A stretch of 64,000 nt of DNA from Adineta vaga (GCA_021613535.1 CP075493.1:14446001-14510000); one strand, 5' to 3'. Shown: positions 1-12,491, counted from the stretch's first letter. Notes: a model not told the origin generated them from the sequence alone. A program made the numbers and translations.

Positions 1-82
1 TCTTTCTACACCCACACCCACACCTTCATTATTATCATCAATGATATATCTCGATATTTCTTCTTGAATATAAGAATACGAA

Positions 83-2153
83 TCATCCAGTTTTACTTTT
101 TTTACCATTCTTCAGATCATGTTCGATGTTTGCAAATAGACTTTTTCTTTTGTGAACACTTGAGGATGATAACGATGTATTTAGAAGTTCTTGGTGTTGT
201 TCTTTTGTCTTCAGATCATTTGAAAGGAGATATTTAGATTCATGCACCATTACTACACAATGATCAAACACCAGTTGTTTGATTTTCCCACATAATCGTT
301 CTTTTGTGGCATCACCAAGTGATGATTGAGTAATCCAGCGAATTTTAAACATCCCATCGAGGAATGAAGAAAAAAGAAAAACCGGATCTTTGTATAGATT
401 GTAGAACTTTTTGTTTGTTTTAAAATCGACATTAATATTAGTAAGATTCACATCCATTTGTTTGAGTAAACCACCAAATCTCGATAATAATGAATTTAAT
501 AAACCTTCACATAATGATGTAGTATATTGTTCATTATTCTTGTCACTGACTAAATCCAAATAAATGGCCAAAATACTTGGTGCCACAATTGAAATTGATG
601 GAGAATTTTGACATTGAGTAGCTGTTGTTGCTTGTGCAAATAAACAAAATAAATCGACAAATTCTCGCAACATTGTTATATCACGTGTATTTAAACATAA
701 ATGTTTGTATTTAAATTGACCTAAAATATCATTTAATTCAATAGTTGGTATAGTAAGAATTCGTTCGACAGTCATAAACTGTGAATTCCACCTTGTAATG
801 ACAGCACGTGGGATTGATACTTTCATCAAATCTAATTTTTCTGCAAATTTAGTAGATGTATGTGCAAGTTTTGCAATAGCAGAAACCTTTTCCAATGCAT
901 TCACAATTGATTTGGCCTCTTTCAGACCGTCTTTGACAACGAGTTGGATTGTATGTACGAAACAAGGAATTCGAAATATTTCACTATTTTCCATTAAGCG
1001 ATTTATTGATTCTTGGATAAGATCTTCAGTTGCTACATCAGAGGTTGTTAATATATTTGTTGTTGATAATTGATCAACTGGATATTCATATTCATCACTT
1101 AATGTTCCATCATCATTTGTATCAGAATCATTTTCACCTTCATCAATTCCATTACCATTATCTTCAAAGTACTTCTCAAAGCCAGGATTAATAATATTTT
1201 GAAAAGCACTAATATTATTTGCTGCATTGTCAGTAACTAAACGAACAATTTTGTTTTTTATTCCGAATATACTAACGATTTCTTCATATTTTTCAAGTAA
1301 TAATGATCCAGAATGAGTACCCCATAGCGGCACAAAGCATAGAACATATATTTTAAAGTTACCACCAACGATTGCATGAGCTATAGAATAGGTGATCTAT
1401 ATTGAAGCATTTATTAACTATAATCCTACCTGTTGCAGCAAAAACAAATCTCATTCTTCTGTCACTCCAAACATCTAATGCTAATGATAAAAATGTAGCT
1501 GTTAAACAAAATATCATTAAATGGTCATGCATTTTGTCGATCAAATTGGGAACTATTTTTCGAGTTATAGTTCGTCGATTTACAACGGTAAATTTGGAAT
1601 CAATTTTTTGCATAAAACCAATGAATGCTGGACGTTCTACAATTGACAGTGGCAAACCCTAGGTAATAATTAAATCATTGACAATAGCCAAAGATAATTC
1701 CATTTGTCGAGGATGATTTGAACCATAAGATGCACGATTCGGTGAACCACTTTTTCTTGAAAAATCATTAGTAATTTTGTTGCTTTGTACAGTTGAGTCG
1801 ACCTTGTCAGATAGAGTCAACCATTTTTCATATTCTTCTTTATGATATTGACGAGCATGTCGAGTAAAGTTCGAGGTAACTCCTTGCTTGTCTATAACTC
1901 TTTTGGATTTCTTGCATAACAAACATTTAGCAGACCACCTATCCTTGTCAACTTCAGTTTGAAGATCGTCAAAGAATTGATCACGAGCAGTTTTAAATAC
2001 TGTTGAATTTGATGCTAAGCTTTGAGAAACGGTTGCTGAACTGAACGTTGGTACTACTTCTATCTCGATTTCATCATTTGATGAAGGTGTATCAACAGTA
2101 CTGTTTTGTTGATTCATTAGTTTTCGATTGATGTTACGGATAAATTTTAACAA
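83..2153 (-). pseudogene. hAT-superfamily transposase (BED zinc finger plus DDE core), disrupted
   Basis: BED finger 'WSAKCLLC..GVTSNFTRHARQYH'; hAT motifs 'LDVWSDRRM', 'LVTDNAANN', 'PCFVHTIQLVV', 'TRWNSQF'. In-frame TAG at 1659-1661 (LIIT*GLPLSIVE); probable intron about 1360-1430. Confidence 0.9.
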
Positions 2154-2175
2154 TAAGGGTTAAACAACATAAATA

Positions 2176-2568
2176 CAGTAAAACCTCTCTAATGTGAACA
2201 CCATTGGGACTTTTCAAAAGTGTTCACTATAGGGAGGTGTTCATTATGTAGAGGTGGTGTACATTCTGCTGAGAGAGATAATTAGATGAATGAGAAAAAA
2301 TCGAGAGGCTTCTCCGTCTGATTAGATAATTAACAAAAATAAGAAATGAGACAATGATTTCTCTTATTCCGAACAGACGTTAGTTAGAAGAAAATAGGTC
2401 AGATATACAAAACGTATGTGTAACAAATGAGGAGAAAAAGAAAAAAATACGAACATCTGTTCACATTAGAGAGGCTGTAGTGGCAAAAGGGATTGAAAAA
2501 GAAGTGTTCATGTTCAAAATAAAGAGGTGTTCACTATATAGAGGTGTTCACTAATAGAGATTTTACTG
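2176..2568. mobile_element. pogo/Tigger-type (Tc1/mariner) MITE nested in the hAT element
   Basis: TIRs CAGTAAAACCTCTCTAATGTGAACACC and GGTGTTCACTAATAGAGATTTTACTG; TA on both sides (2174-5, 2569-70); internal GTGTTCAC repeats. Confidence 0.9.
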
Positions 2569-3443
2569 TATATTACAAAGATCTTCGATAAACAGATCAT
2601 TGGGATACTAGTTTACCAACAGAAATTGGAAAAAAGTCTATTGAATAAAACTTTGGAATAAAAATTTCGTATTATTTCAAATTTATTTTTAACAAAAATT
2701 TTCATTTTTAATTATATTTTTCTTTTACATTCTGATTTTGTAATAAGACTATAGTGAAATACAAAAAAAGTGCATTGAAACCTCTTCATATATGTTTTTA
2801 GACTTGACTTGAGTTCATGGCTTAATTTCAAGTCAAGTCATATCTGGTCTCAAGTCAAGTCGAGTCAAGTCAAAAATTGACTTGACTTGCCCATCTCTGG
2901 TATCTTGAAAAACTAACATAAGATTTGAGATTCTCGACCTCTATTACCTATGATTAATCATTGTCTGATAACTTGGAGTAAGTTTTCATCGGTTTATGAG
3001 CTGCTTTCACCTGATTGGCTTGGACAAACAAACCTGAACGATTTTAACAGGCTCTTTAGCAAGCCTATAACCCTTTCTTTCAGAAAAGGGAATAGTTCAA
3101 ATTGAAAATGACGAATAAAACCATTTTCTCAATATTGATCACTATGATAATACTATCCAGTCATTCGATAATTCATCTACCCAATTAAGAAAGAGAAAGA
3201 ATCAACAAAATCATCAAAGACAAAATAAATAATTCAAAATCGATGAAATCGTTTTGGTCTCATTTGATAACACGTATAAAATATATTCTTAATTGTTAAT
3301 TGCCCTTTAATTTTCTTGTCTTTTTTCCAAATTCACTTTTTAACAAATTCAAACTAGACGAGTCCAGTTAGAAACTTCTTCAGACATTACCTTTCGAACA
3401 TAGCTTTTTTGATGAATCGAACAAGTCAACCTACCAACATTAA

Positions 3444-3690
3444 CCCTTTCGAGACCGGCGACGCTTTAAAACGTCATTGAAATTGTATATGATCTGGCGC
3501 AAGTGAATTCGAATTTTTTCCGGGATCTCTTCGAAGTAAGTGAGATAAAGATGCAGATCATAACACAAACATGTAAAATAAAGCAACCGCAACATTTCCT
3601 TCGAAGATACCCACCACAGATTCGAATTCACTTGCGCCAGATCATATAAAATTTCAATGACGCTTTGAAGCGTCACCGGTCCCGAAAGGG
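3444..3690. mobile_element. piggyBac-type MITE
   Basis: About 70 bp imperfect TIRs starting CCCTTTCG and ending CGAAAGGG, flanked by TTAA (3440-3443) and TCAA (3691-3694). Confidence 0.88.
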
Positions 3691-4726
3691 TCAAGATGAC
3701 GAGTTTTTAGTCACGCAAATTTATATATACAATGATATGAAGAGTTTATTCAAACAACATATTTCTAATCTAACTGATGAATCATCATCCGCTGCCGAAA
3801 AAAATTGATTCATAGAGAAACAAACATACGAACCAAATTGAATTGAGAATTTTATGAAACTATCAATAATAATCCCGTCAAATTCACTTGTAGATGTCAA
3901 ACACTCAGTTGCTTTCTAAAATGACTACATCCATAAATCCATACCATACTAAGCTCCACCACAAACATTCCTAAACATCATCTGACGTCAGTGCAGCTAA
4001 AAAAGTCATTCGAGTACAGCAAAAATATGCGAGGTGACATTTTGAACAGTAAGCGACTTCCGGGTGCAACCCTTTCATTCTATTTATGAGTCCATTTATT
4101 CACAGTTATCTCATTATTGTAAATCCTCCGGTAAAAATGCATGCCTGGTAATAGGATCTAGTTGGAAAAGACTGGTTAACAGATCACACAGAAGTACATA
4201 AGAGCATAGCTGATGATTCAACTGAACGTTATTTACTACTGGTCGACGATATCTCCCCTCACCACATTCTAAAAAGTAAGAACATCTGACCGTTGACCTG
4301 CTATAAGCTAATAAACAAGTAACGCTCGTCGAGGGAGACTCGCTTGAACCTCGACTGAATTATTTATAAATAAAGCGTCTGAATAGTGTTATTGAAATCA
4401 TTAGTATCAGTCTGTGAAGTACATTTATTCTATTTATCTATAAGAATTGCTGCATATTTTTAGAATGATATAATGGTTCGTATTACAGGAAGATATTAGG
4501 ACATTTGGTAACTAATTGGTAAGGAAACTCATAACAAATTTCATTGTAAAGAAACATGTGTAGATATATAACTGATATAATTCAAACTATAAAAAAAACT
4601 AAAATTATGAAAGGAAGAAATTCATAATGTTTGACAATATCAATAAAACATAAGATTGCTTGAACGTTTATTAAATTAATTACAAGAAAAGCAAAAATAA
4701 TGTGCGTTTCATGTAACATACACCAT

Positions 4727-7700
4727 TCATTCAAACCATTGTGGAAACCGTTTTTGTGTATCAGAATATAACTTGTCAAGTCTTTGCATTTCAACAACTT
4801 GAGATTTATTTGGTTTGATAAGTAAAACCTTATAATCGAAATGTCGTAGAATAATTACGTCAGTCAAACGTTTCACACGTGATAAAGGTACATATACTGC
4901 AGCAATATCATCCGTTTCATTTGGTAGTTTCAAATCAATTACAACTTTATTCAAAGTTTGTCCTTGACTTTTGTGTGTTGTAATTGAATAAGCAGGTGCC
5001 AGAGGCAATGCGCGCCGTTTAATCGATAGCATCGTTTTTCGATTGGCTTTTGATTTGCTGTTGTCTTTCGGCAGAATATCACCAATATCAACTTGAAAAG
5101 TTTGTTCCATAATCGGTATCGGAACAAGTTTCGGTCGAAGTTTTTCCAGATTACATTCAATTTTCGATTTGCTAATTTCGACTAATGCATATAATGGTCT
5201 ATGTACGTACTGAGTCTTAGGTGGAAAGGTTTTTGACAGGCAATCTGTTGACAGTGAATCAATTTCATAAACTAGCTGTCGAAAGATTCCATTCATGCCG
5301 TTCATTAGTCCTAGCTCGATAGCGATATTTTGTGTTATGATAACGGGCATTCCAGGAACCAACGGTAATAAACCTGGTAAATGTTCTGTCTTGCTATCAG
5401 GTAGTGCTAATAGCTTTTTTATAAGTATGGGATCCTCGATACGTTTACCTTTGCAAAAGTCTTCTGCGACACATACCATCAGTGTGGAACCTATTTGTAC
5501 TGCATTATGAATTGCTGATTTGTGATTGAGTTGTGTTCTTATTTCATTTCGGAATACAAGCATGGGAGCCTATAAAAAATAAAAATAAAATCTTTTTCCC
5601 TTAAAAATGACAAATCATCTTACTTCGTTCCATGGTGATTCACGAAGAGAACAGATTGAGGGTTGTCCAACCACGCGTGTCAATAATAATTCATAATCGT
5701 CATGATTACATTGACCTTCACGAAGTCGTTCAAGAAGTTCAAGATATCGTGGATCTTCTGTTCGCATCTGCTGAGTAAGTTTCACCACACAGTTAATTTG
5801 AAGAATTAGTGAACGTGCAACACGTTGTTGAATATCAGTTTCTGTCTGTAATTTACTTAATTTCTTTTTTTTTGGTAAACAAAAATCAGTATGTAATGGT
5901 GCATCATACACCGGTCGATATTGCAAATAATCACCAAAAAAGATAACATTTATACCACCAAATGGAACTTGAGGATCAACATGTTTAGCAGCACAAAGAA
6001 TTCGATTAAGTTTTGCAAGTAAAGTTAAACCTACCATACTCATCTCATCAATTAAGAGGTATTCTACAAGCTTCCATTCTTTCTCTATTTTGGAATCGCC
6101 TGGTTTAATGGTGCGTGGTTTTCTTGAATTACGTTGCTCACCTAAAAATGAGTGAATAGTCATACCACCTATTTCAGCAGCTGCAATTCCAGTAGGTGCA
6201 AGCTTTCGCATCATTTGTATTCTTTTTGTAACGAGAAAGTATTTAGTAATAGCGCGAATAAGTTGTGATTTTCCGGTGCCTCCACATCCAGGTATGCACA
6301 TTATGAGTTGTCCAGTCATATTATCTGTAAAAATTTTAAATTTTCACTTAGACTTATTATATATGTATACATGACGTATATACCCGTATGGCATTGTTTT
6401 TCCCCATCGAGATGACTTGTTATTATCATGAATGCAGCTCGTTGTTCTCCATTTAATGTAAATTCATCAGCAATGCCTTTTTGAGTGCAACAGGTGATGT
6501 TAATTATTGAGGCAACTGGTAATATAGAATTATAATTAATAGATATGTTTGTATCATGGTTTTTGTTTGAATTTATGAGAGTTACAACTGTATCATCTAT
6601 GCTCTCATCATCTGATGCATCATCTACTTTATGGTCATTGCCGGTAATTAAATTTCGTCTAACTCGTTCTCTCTCAGTTTTCAGTTGTTCTTGCCATTTT
6701 GTATTAAGTTTGATGAGACTAGGTGTTGAAGACACGAAGGGCGTCGTTTGTGTTAGGCTATTGTGATCAAACGATTCTTTAGTTGAATATTGATTGTAGG
6801 CTACAAAACAATCCATATTTTTATGTTTTTGTAATATTATTAGCAAAATACACTCACTATCTGTTTGAGCGAATCGTCCAACTTTCTCAACGGCTTTTAT
6901 AGTTTCTTCAATATACATATTTTCTGTTAATTTCTTGACACTATTAGATGCAGTTGCAGTATATTCGTTTAGATTACCAAGCAACTGAAGCAAATCTTCA
7001 TTGTCACTTGAATCATCATAGTCATTATATGCGTTTTGATTTGTTGAAAATAATTCAGGATCGATTGTATCATTATCGAGTTGAGCTTCAGTAATAACTT
7101 GAAGTAAATGCTCATCTCGATCTTTCTTACATTCATGCAAAAGTTGGATATTTTCTATAATATTCCATGAATATGCAGATATACGATCTTGACGACATTC
7201 AAGTGCATTCTCCCATGTTTGATTAACATCACAAAGATCACATACACTACGCCAAGGTACAAAAAGTGTAAGAATAGCTCGGCAATATCGTTCTCGAGTA
7301 TCATCCCGATCTCGTCGAGGAATTTGAGGACCATAAAGAATTGGTACACGACATTCACTATGTTTCATCATAAGATATGTTGTTGTTTGGGGATGCTGTT
7401 TTTGAAAAGAAAAACGTTCATTAGGTGGTCGACCTCTTCGATTATCTTGTTCTTCTCTCGTTACAGAGCTTCCAGCTAAATATTTTAAATCCGCTACATT
7501 GATTTTTTTTTCTTATAAAATGCACTAACAAAATCGTATAAACATATGTTATTGAGAGTATCTGAACGATATTGATAATCAATTCGAGTATTGACAAGCA
7601 CGAAACTATTTTTAGTTTCAGTAGATTGAATTTGAAAGTTTTCTTCATCATTGTTTTCATCGTTTCCACTTTCATCATCGGATGCATTATCATCATCATT

Positions 7701-9273
7701 AATTACATCTGTGTGAAAAAAGACATGTATTTTTATTTTTTCATTCAATTATCACAAGAATATTGATTCATCTCAGTAATTGCGGAAGAAAAATCTTGTC
7801 GAAATAATTCTACTCGATGCATATCACTTATTTATCATTTATTATTCGCGAAAGGCTACTGAAACATCTTCCGAAAAATCTAATTATTTCAATATCAAAA
7901 CATGAACTTTCAGATTTATATCTAATAACAATGTTTACCCATATTTATCTATTCCTCGTTATGTGATGAATGCATACAGATATCTGTTTTTCTTCCTTTA
8001 GCTGTCATCAATTATTTGTATAATAAGTGTTCTCTTTCTCTCATCGCTCTTCCTTTCTCTCATTACAAGTATGTATCATTTTTTCGTTCAGCTTATGTAT
8101 ATCATAATTGACTTTTCTTCCTCTCCCTTTTCTTTTTCTTTCTTTTTTTCTTTCTTTCTTTCATCGCAGCATGTATCGTCTTTTCGTTAAGCGTATGTAT
8201 GTCATAATTGACTTTTCTTCCTCTCCCTTTTCTCTTTCTTTCATATCTTAGTGCGAGTGCATACAAGAAAAATTCGCATTGAATAAAAAAAATTCAATCA
8301 TAGAACAGACAGATGACACAATACCATGATTCATAATATTACCATGTGGATTAGTTTTTAATTCCTTTTTGGCACGTAATTCGTCCAATTCTGCTTGCAA
8401 GTATCGTTCAGTTTGTATTAGATGAACACCTTGAAATTTGTGTGTTGTGTAATGATCATCCCAGTTCATAAGATAGGAAGCAACCTGTACTCCTGATAAT
8501 TCTTGTTGAGAGGCAAGTGCATTGTAACAACGTAAAACTAGTTTACGTGATCTTTCGATTGTACTTTCTGCATCCGTTGGCTTTGAGATGTTTGTGAATG
8601 ATGTAATACTTTTTTGAATAAGAGAGAATGTGTCATGAAAAGAAAGACTCATTTTCGTGACGTAATCAGTAATGTAATAGACGAGAGCCTCAGCATCGCT
8701 ACCTGTCCAAATAAATTTAATGTCCATGTTAGAACGACACGCTGAGATAAGATATTCATTAAAATTATTAATCATTGGGTGTGATCGCCGCATAGAAATA
8801 TGACCAGTTTCGGGATCGATTGTCGATTTCGGCACTTTTTTTCGTGGTAGATTCAGCCGGCAAATCTTTTTGCCGCCTTGATTAAGCTTACAATATTTAT
8901 AACATGTATCACTATGTTTGTGAATATTTCCTGATTCAACGAGTTGTACTACATCAGCACGAAATCGCGATGGAAAATCGGGCGATGATGGATTTGGAGT
9001 AGGCAAGCACGCTGGAAGCAGTTTTAACTGTATATTTGAAATATCCATAGCTAAAAGAAAATTCTTAATGTTTTTCTTCTTAATAATTCGAAAGATGAAA
9101 CCTTACCATGTACCGATCGGTCAGACGTTGGTGTTTGTAGTGATTCATTGCGAAAAGGAGATACATACGGTACTGATGAAGATCGATATGAATTCAATGG
9201 AGACAATTGTGTTGTGACTGGCGTTGAGTAAACAGTAGAAGGGCTAGAATGATCTGGATTTTGTTCTAGATCT
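4727..9273 (-). pseudogene. Helitron Rep-PIF1 helicase, multi-exon, frameshifted, N-terminal part missing
   Basis: Rep 'HKHSDTCYK', 'RSNMDIKFI', 'YYITDYVTK'; PIF1 'GCGGTGKS', 'LLIDEMSMV', 'FGDYLQYRPV', 'QQMR', 'TTHKSQGQTL', 'YVPLSRV'. Introns about 5570-5622, 6323-6383, 6801-6856, 7709-8342, 9051-9106. Frameshifts in A/T runs near 7400 and 7505. Confidence 0.9.
8071..8242. repeat. Direct repeat, 100-bp period, in a Helitron intron
   Basis: 'atgtatc..ttttcgtt.agc.tatgtat.tcataattgacttttcttcctctcccttttct' at 8071 and 8171. Confidence 0.85.
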
Positions 9274-9799
9274 GTAATACTAGATAAGTCTCATTCTCAA
9301 AGCCAATGAAAAATTCCATATTTTTTCAATTCCATTCCTTCTTGCGTCTCAAACCGTCCCTGTAAAATACATAGTCAATAAACCAATTTCAATTACCAAT
9401 CGCATTATAATCATCAACGTTACTACACGCATTGCATCCGCGTCTATATCAGCAGAACCAATACACAATGGTGTTTTTTTTATCTATTTGATTTTTGTTT
9501 TGTTTGAATCTACTGGATTAAAAACAGTTGCATGAGAAACTAGATTCAATTCTGAAGAGAATAATCTCATTTCGAATTGAAAAAAACGATTTCAATATCG
9601 ATAGTTTATCTCGACAACGTTAGTACATGCTTTGTATATGTGTGTGTATAAGAGGAACGATTCTATCACCATCTTTTTTATCTATTTGATTTCTGTTTAA
9701 TCCAAATTTCATGATTTAAAAGTAGCTTCATGTGATACTAGATGCTACCATGAGATGAAAAACAAATTTGAATTGTTTTACATTCTTTGGAGAAAAATT

Positions 9800-10330
9800 A
9801 AAAGAGTGGCGAGCTTTTGATAAAAGCACAATTTTTATCGGAAAAGGTGCGGCTAAATATTAATTGATGTACCAGTAAAGTTCTAGAATTCACCGGTGGG
9901 CACACGAAGACAAAGAATTTATAGTAGGTATGCAAAATATCGGGCGTATCCTTCAGTTGAATAGCTTATACACTGGAATGTTGAAAAATCAATCTGTGTT
10001 AACGACGGTTAAAACGTGAGGAGGGTTAAGTTTCTGCCTTGCTTTGAAATGTGGTCGGCTGGAGCTGATTTCGCGGATCACGTGTCACCATGAGTTTAGT
10101 ATGCACTAACAAAGCGATGCAGGGTACTCATGAATTGGCATACGTCTGCGGGTAAAATTTACCATATTGATCGTGTGTTTCCCTGTTTTAATCTTAAAAT
10201 AATTCAACCACAAGTACATATGACAGTAACAGCGGCATTCAGCGTATGAGTTGAGGATCCAAGGGTACCCCCCAGTATGCGATTTGATTATCCGTGTGTA
10301 TTGAGAGTCTTGATCTGTCACCTGGCACTT
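9800..10330 (-). mobile_element. Decayed non-LTR retrotransposon (I/Jockey-like) RT C-terminal fragment
   Basis: GC-richer segment. Frame-hopping translation gives 'RILG(V/T)LDPQL', 'LNYFKIKTGK', 'VNF..R..PIHEYPAS', resembling the 'ILGVTLD.KL...LYK..IRPILEY' region of LINE RTs. Confidence 0.4.
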
Positions 10331-10639
10331 GCGTCAGAAAAACGTTTTTCGACACAACACCTTCGTTTCAGTCAAAACAAGAATGAAATGTATGGTACTC
10401 GATTTCTATGTACGTGTTCGTCTACCTTTGATATTTAACCATTCATGATAGCGTCTATAACGCCGTAATAACGTCCTATTTTGGCTCTTAGTATTTTCCA
10501 TCATCTTGTAGAAAATGTTTTTTTGACCTTTCACCCACACCCACACTCACCAACCCACCATCCATCATTCGTATAATGGTCTTTTAAATTTCAATCAGAA
10601 TTTTAACGAAAAAAATGAATCTTAGTTAAAACTGAAATG

Positions 10640-10948
10640 GGAGGACTAGCGGATTTAAGAAAACACACATTTTTGTAACTCATTATATAAAATGTTTTGT
10701 CTATAGTCTCTATTAACATGATAAGTTACGATAATTAAGAACACTAGGAGGACTAAAAGAGAACTAAGAGGACTAGGAGGACTAGAAGGAGTTACCATAT
10801 TCAGAACATTAAAGCGATATCACGTATACATGTATGGATTCTTTTGATTGAAACCTTCAAAGATGCGAACTATCTCGCAATTTTCTTAGTCTCCTTAGTC
10901 CTCCTAGTCCACCTAGTCCTCCTAGTTCTCTTAGTTCTCTTAGTTCTC
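10640..10948. repeat. Inverted arrays of a 9-bp unit (GAGGACTAG / CTAGTCCTC), foldback or MITE remnant
   Basis: Plus-strand array at 10745-10790 and reverse-complement array at 10886-10948. Confidence 0.75.
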
Positions 10949-11025
10949 CATATTGAGGGTGTGGGAAGGGTGTGGCGGGGTATTAGCATATTGAGGGTGC
11001 GGGGAGGGTGTTGGCGGTGTAATGG
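10948..11025 (+). repeat. About 39-bp tandem duplication with TGAGGG/TGTGGG telomere-like units; G-quadruplex motif
   Basis: CATATTGAGGGTG occurs twice; GGGtgtGGGaaGGGtgtggcGGGG at 10957-10980. Confidence 0.7.
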
Positions 11026-11039
11026 AATAACTGAACAGT

Positions 11040-11392
11040 TGCATAAATAGGTAACTAAATAGTTGAATACTTGAGTTCTAGTTTTGAGCACTATACTACG
11101 GGTATGGTTTCCACTCTAATATTGATTCCGTATGAAATGTAATATCTCTGATGCTAGTCGTTGTGGAAGGTGTTGTTCTGTTAGATCTCCAAGTTCCGCG
11201 GTATATGTATAAATGGGGTCCGATTTTTTTAAAATTCAATTTGAAATATGAAAGACCATAGACTCCACGCTCCACACACCCTCAATTGAATAATTGAATA
11301 CTTGAATACTTGAAAAGTTCAACTATTCAACTATAATAATTGAATAGTTGAAGTGAATAATTGAATAGTTGAATTCAACTTTCAAGTATTAC
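11040..11392. repeat. TTGAATA(C/G/A) 8-mer arrays, probable DNA-transposon subterminal remnants
   Basis: Arrays at 11058-11075 and 11284-11390, in both orientations. Confidence 0.5.
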
Positions 11393-12164
11393 ATATAAGA
11401 TCAATTGATGATTCAAAAAGCGAATTTTCGTTGATATCAATTAACAATCCATTAATAAATTGATCAGTATTGGTATAACTATTAACATCATCATAATCAT
11501 TATTAAATAACTCAGCATATTCACCACTAATAATATCATTGTTGTCAAATTATCTTCTTAGTTGTTTAATAATCCATCATATTTTTTTCTCATCGTGCGA
11601 AGAATAATTAGCTTGAGATGTGCAATATGGTTTGATTTGAGGTAAATATAATTTTTCATCTTCTTGTGTAGCAATTAGCTTCTTTGTCTGAGCTGAGCGT
11701 TGAATTTGTACCAACATTTTTTCTCTTGTTTTGACTTTGACCAAATAGACTATCGTTATGTATGTAAAAATCCATCTAAAGTACAGAAAACGCATTTATG
11801 CTATGAAAATATTTAAAAAAAATTACTAAATAATTCATTTAACTCACATATATATATATATATAGTATTAATTCTTTCTTTGATCAATAGTCAGTGATTA
11901 AAATAGTTTAAAAAAATTTATTTAGTTTTAGGATTAAATATTTATTTTAGAAATTCAGTTTTGATATTTCTGTAAAATATAGTCTCGTATTCAATATAAT
12001 GTATGTTTATTTTCTTGTCATGATATAGATGTCGGTATAATAAATGTCTACGCAGTAATTACTGCAATAATATAATAACTATACTCTTCCCCATGATTTA
12101 TGCAAATTCGTATTAATATAGAAATTTAAAACATTTTTTGGATAAAAGGCTTGGTATTCTAATC

Positions 12165-12441
12165 TATCGACGGAATACGATATGCGTTAACGGCGGAAAA
12201 CGACAGCCCTTACGACTACTGTTTCCCAATGAGACGGAATAAGATATAATAACGTCGAAAAACGATAGCCTTTACGACTGCCGTTTACGATGAAATGGAA
12301 TCGACTAAAGGAAATGGCTGTCGTTTTCTAAAGTTTTCAAGCCATTTTCCGACACACCGTAAACGATGGCCTTAAGGTGACCGTTTTGAATCGTTTTTCA
12401 CTATTTAAGGCAGTTTACGACGCCGTATTCTTTCACCTGGG
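12165..12441. mobile_element. MITE remnant ending in ...TTCACCTGGG
   Basis: CG-rich internal direct repeats (GAAAACGA(C/T)AGCC.TTACGACT) and a CCTGGG terminus shared with the fragment at 13090-13154. Confidence 0.6.
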
Positions 12442-12491
12442 CTCCTACGAATTTTTTGTCAACCCTAAGTATGCATATTTTTTTTAATTTA

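Larger units (their letters stand above)
83..2899 (-). mobile_element. hAT DNA transposon; only one terminus visible
   Basis: Terminus reads CAGAGATGGGCAAGTCAAGTC on the minus strand, ending at 2899. Subterminal CAAGT/ACTTG pentamer arrays in both orientations at 2800-2890. No partner TIR seen. Confidence 0.75.
4313..9360 (-). mobile_element. Helentron/Helitron2-type rolling-circle transposon, 5'-truncated
   Basis: Contains Rep and PIF1 coding exons. The 3' end has a GTCGAGG...CCTCGAC stem-loop (4328-4355) followed on the minus strand by GAGCGTTACTTGTTT, like DINE-1/Helentron 3' ends. Confidence 0.8.

Noticed and set aside
3440-3694. 84-aa ORF
   Set aside because: Coincides exactly with the piggyBac MITE.
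3770-3815. CTGATGA...GAAA, possible hammerhead ribozyme of a Penelope/Athena element
   Set aside because: No stem II pairing between the core motifs and no flanking stems.
10745-10948. CRISPR-like array
   Set aside because: 9-bp tandem units with no unique spacers; eukaryotic context.
10844-11091. ORFs with LVL or RTK repeats
   Set aside because: Translations of the 9-bp DNA repeat.
11400-11800. Possible second transposase fragment
   Set aside because: No motif I can identify with confidence.
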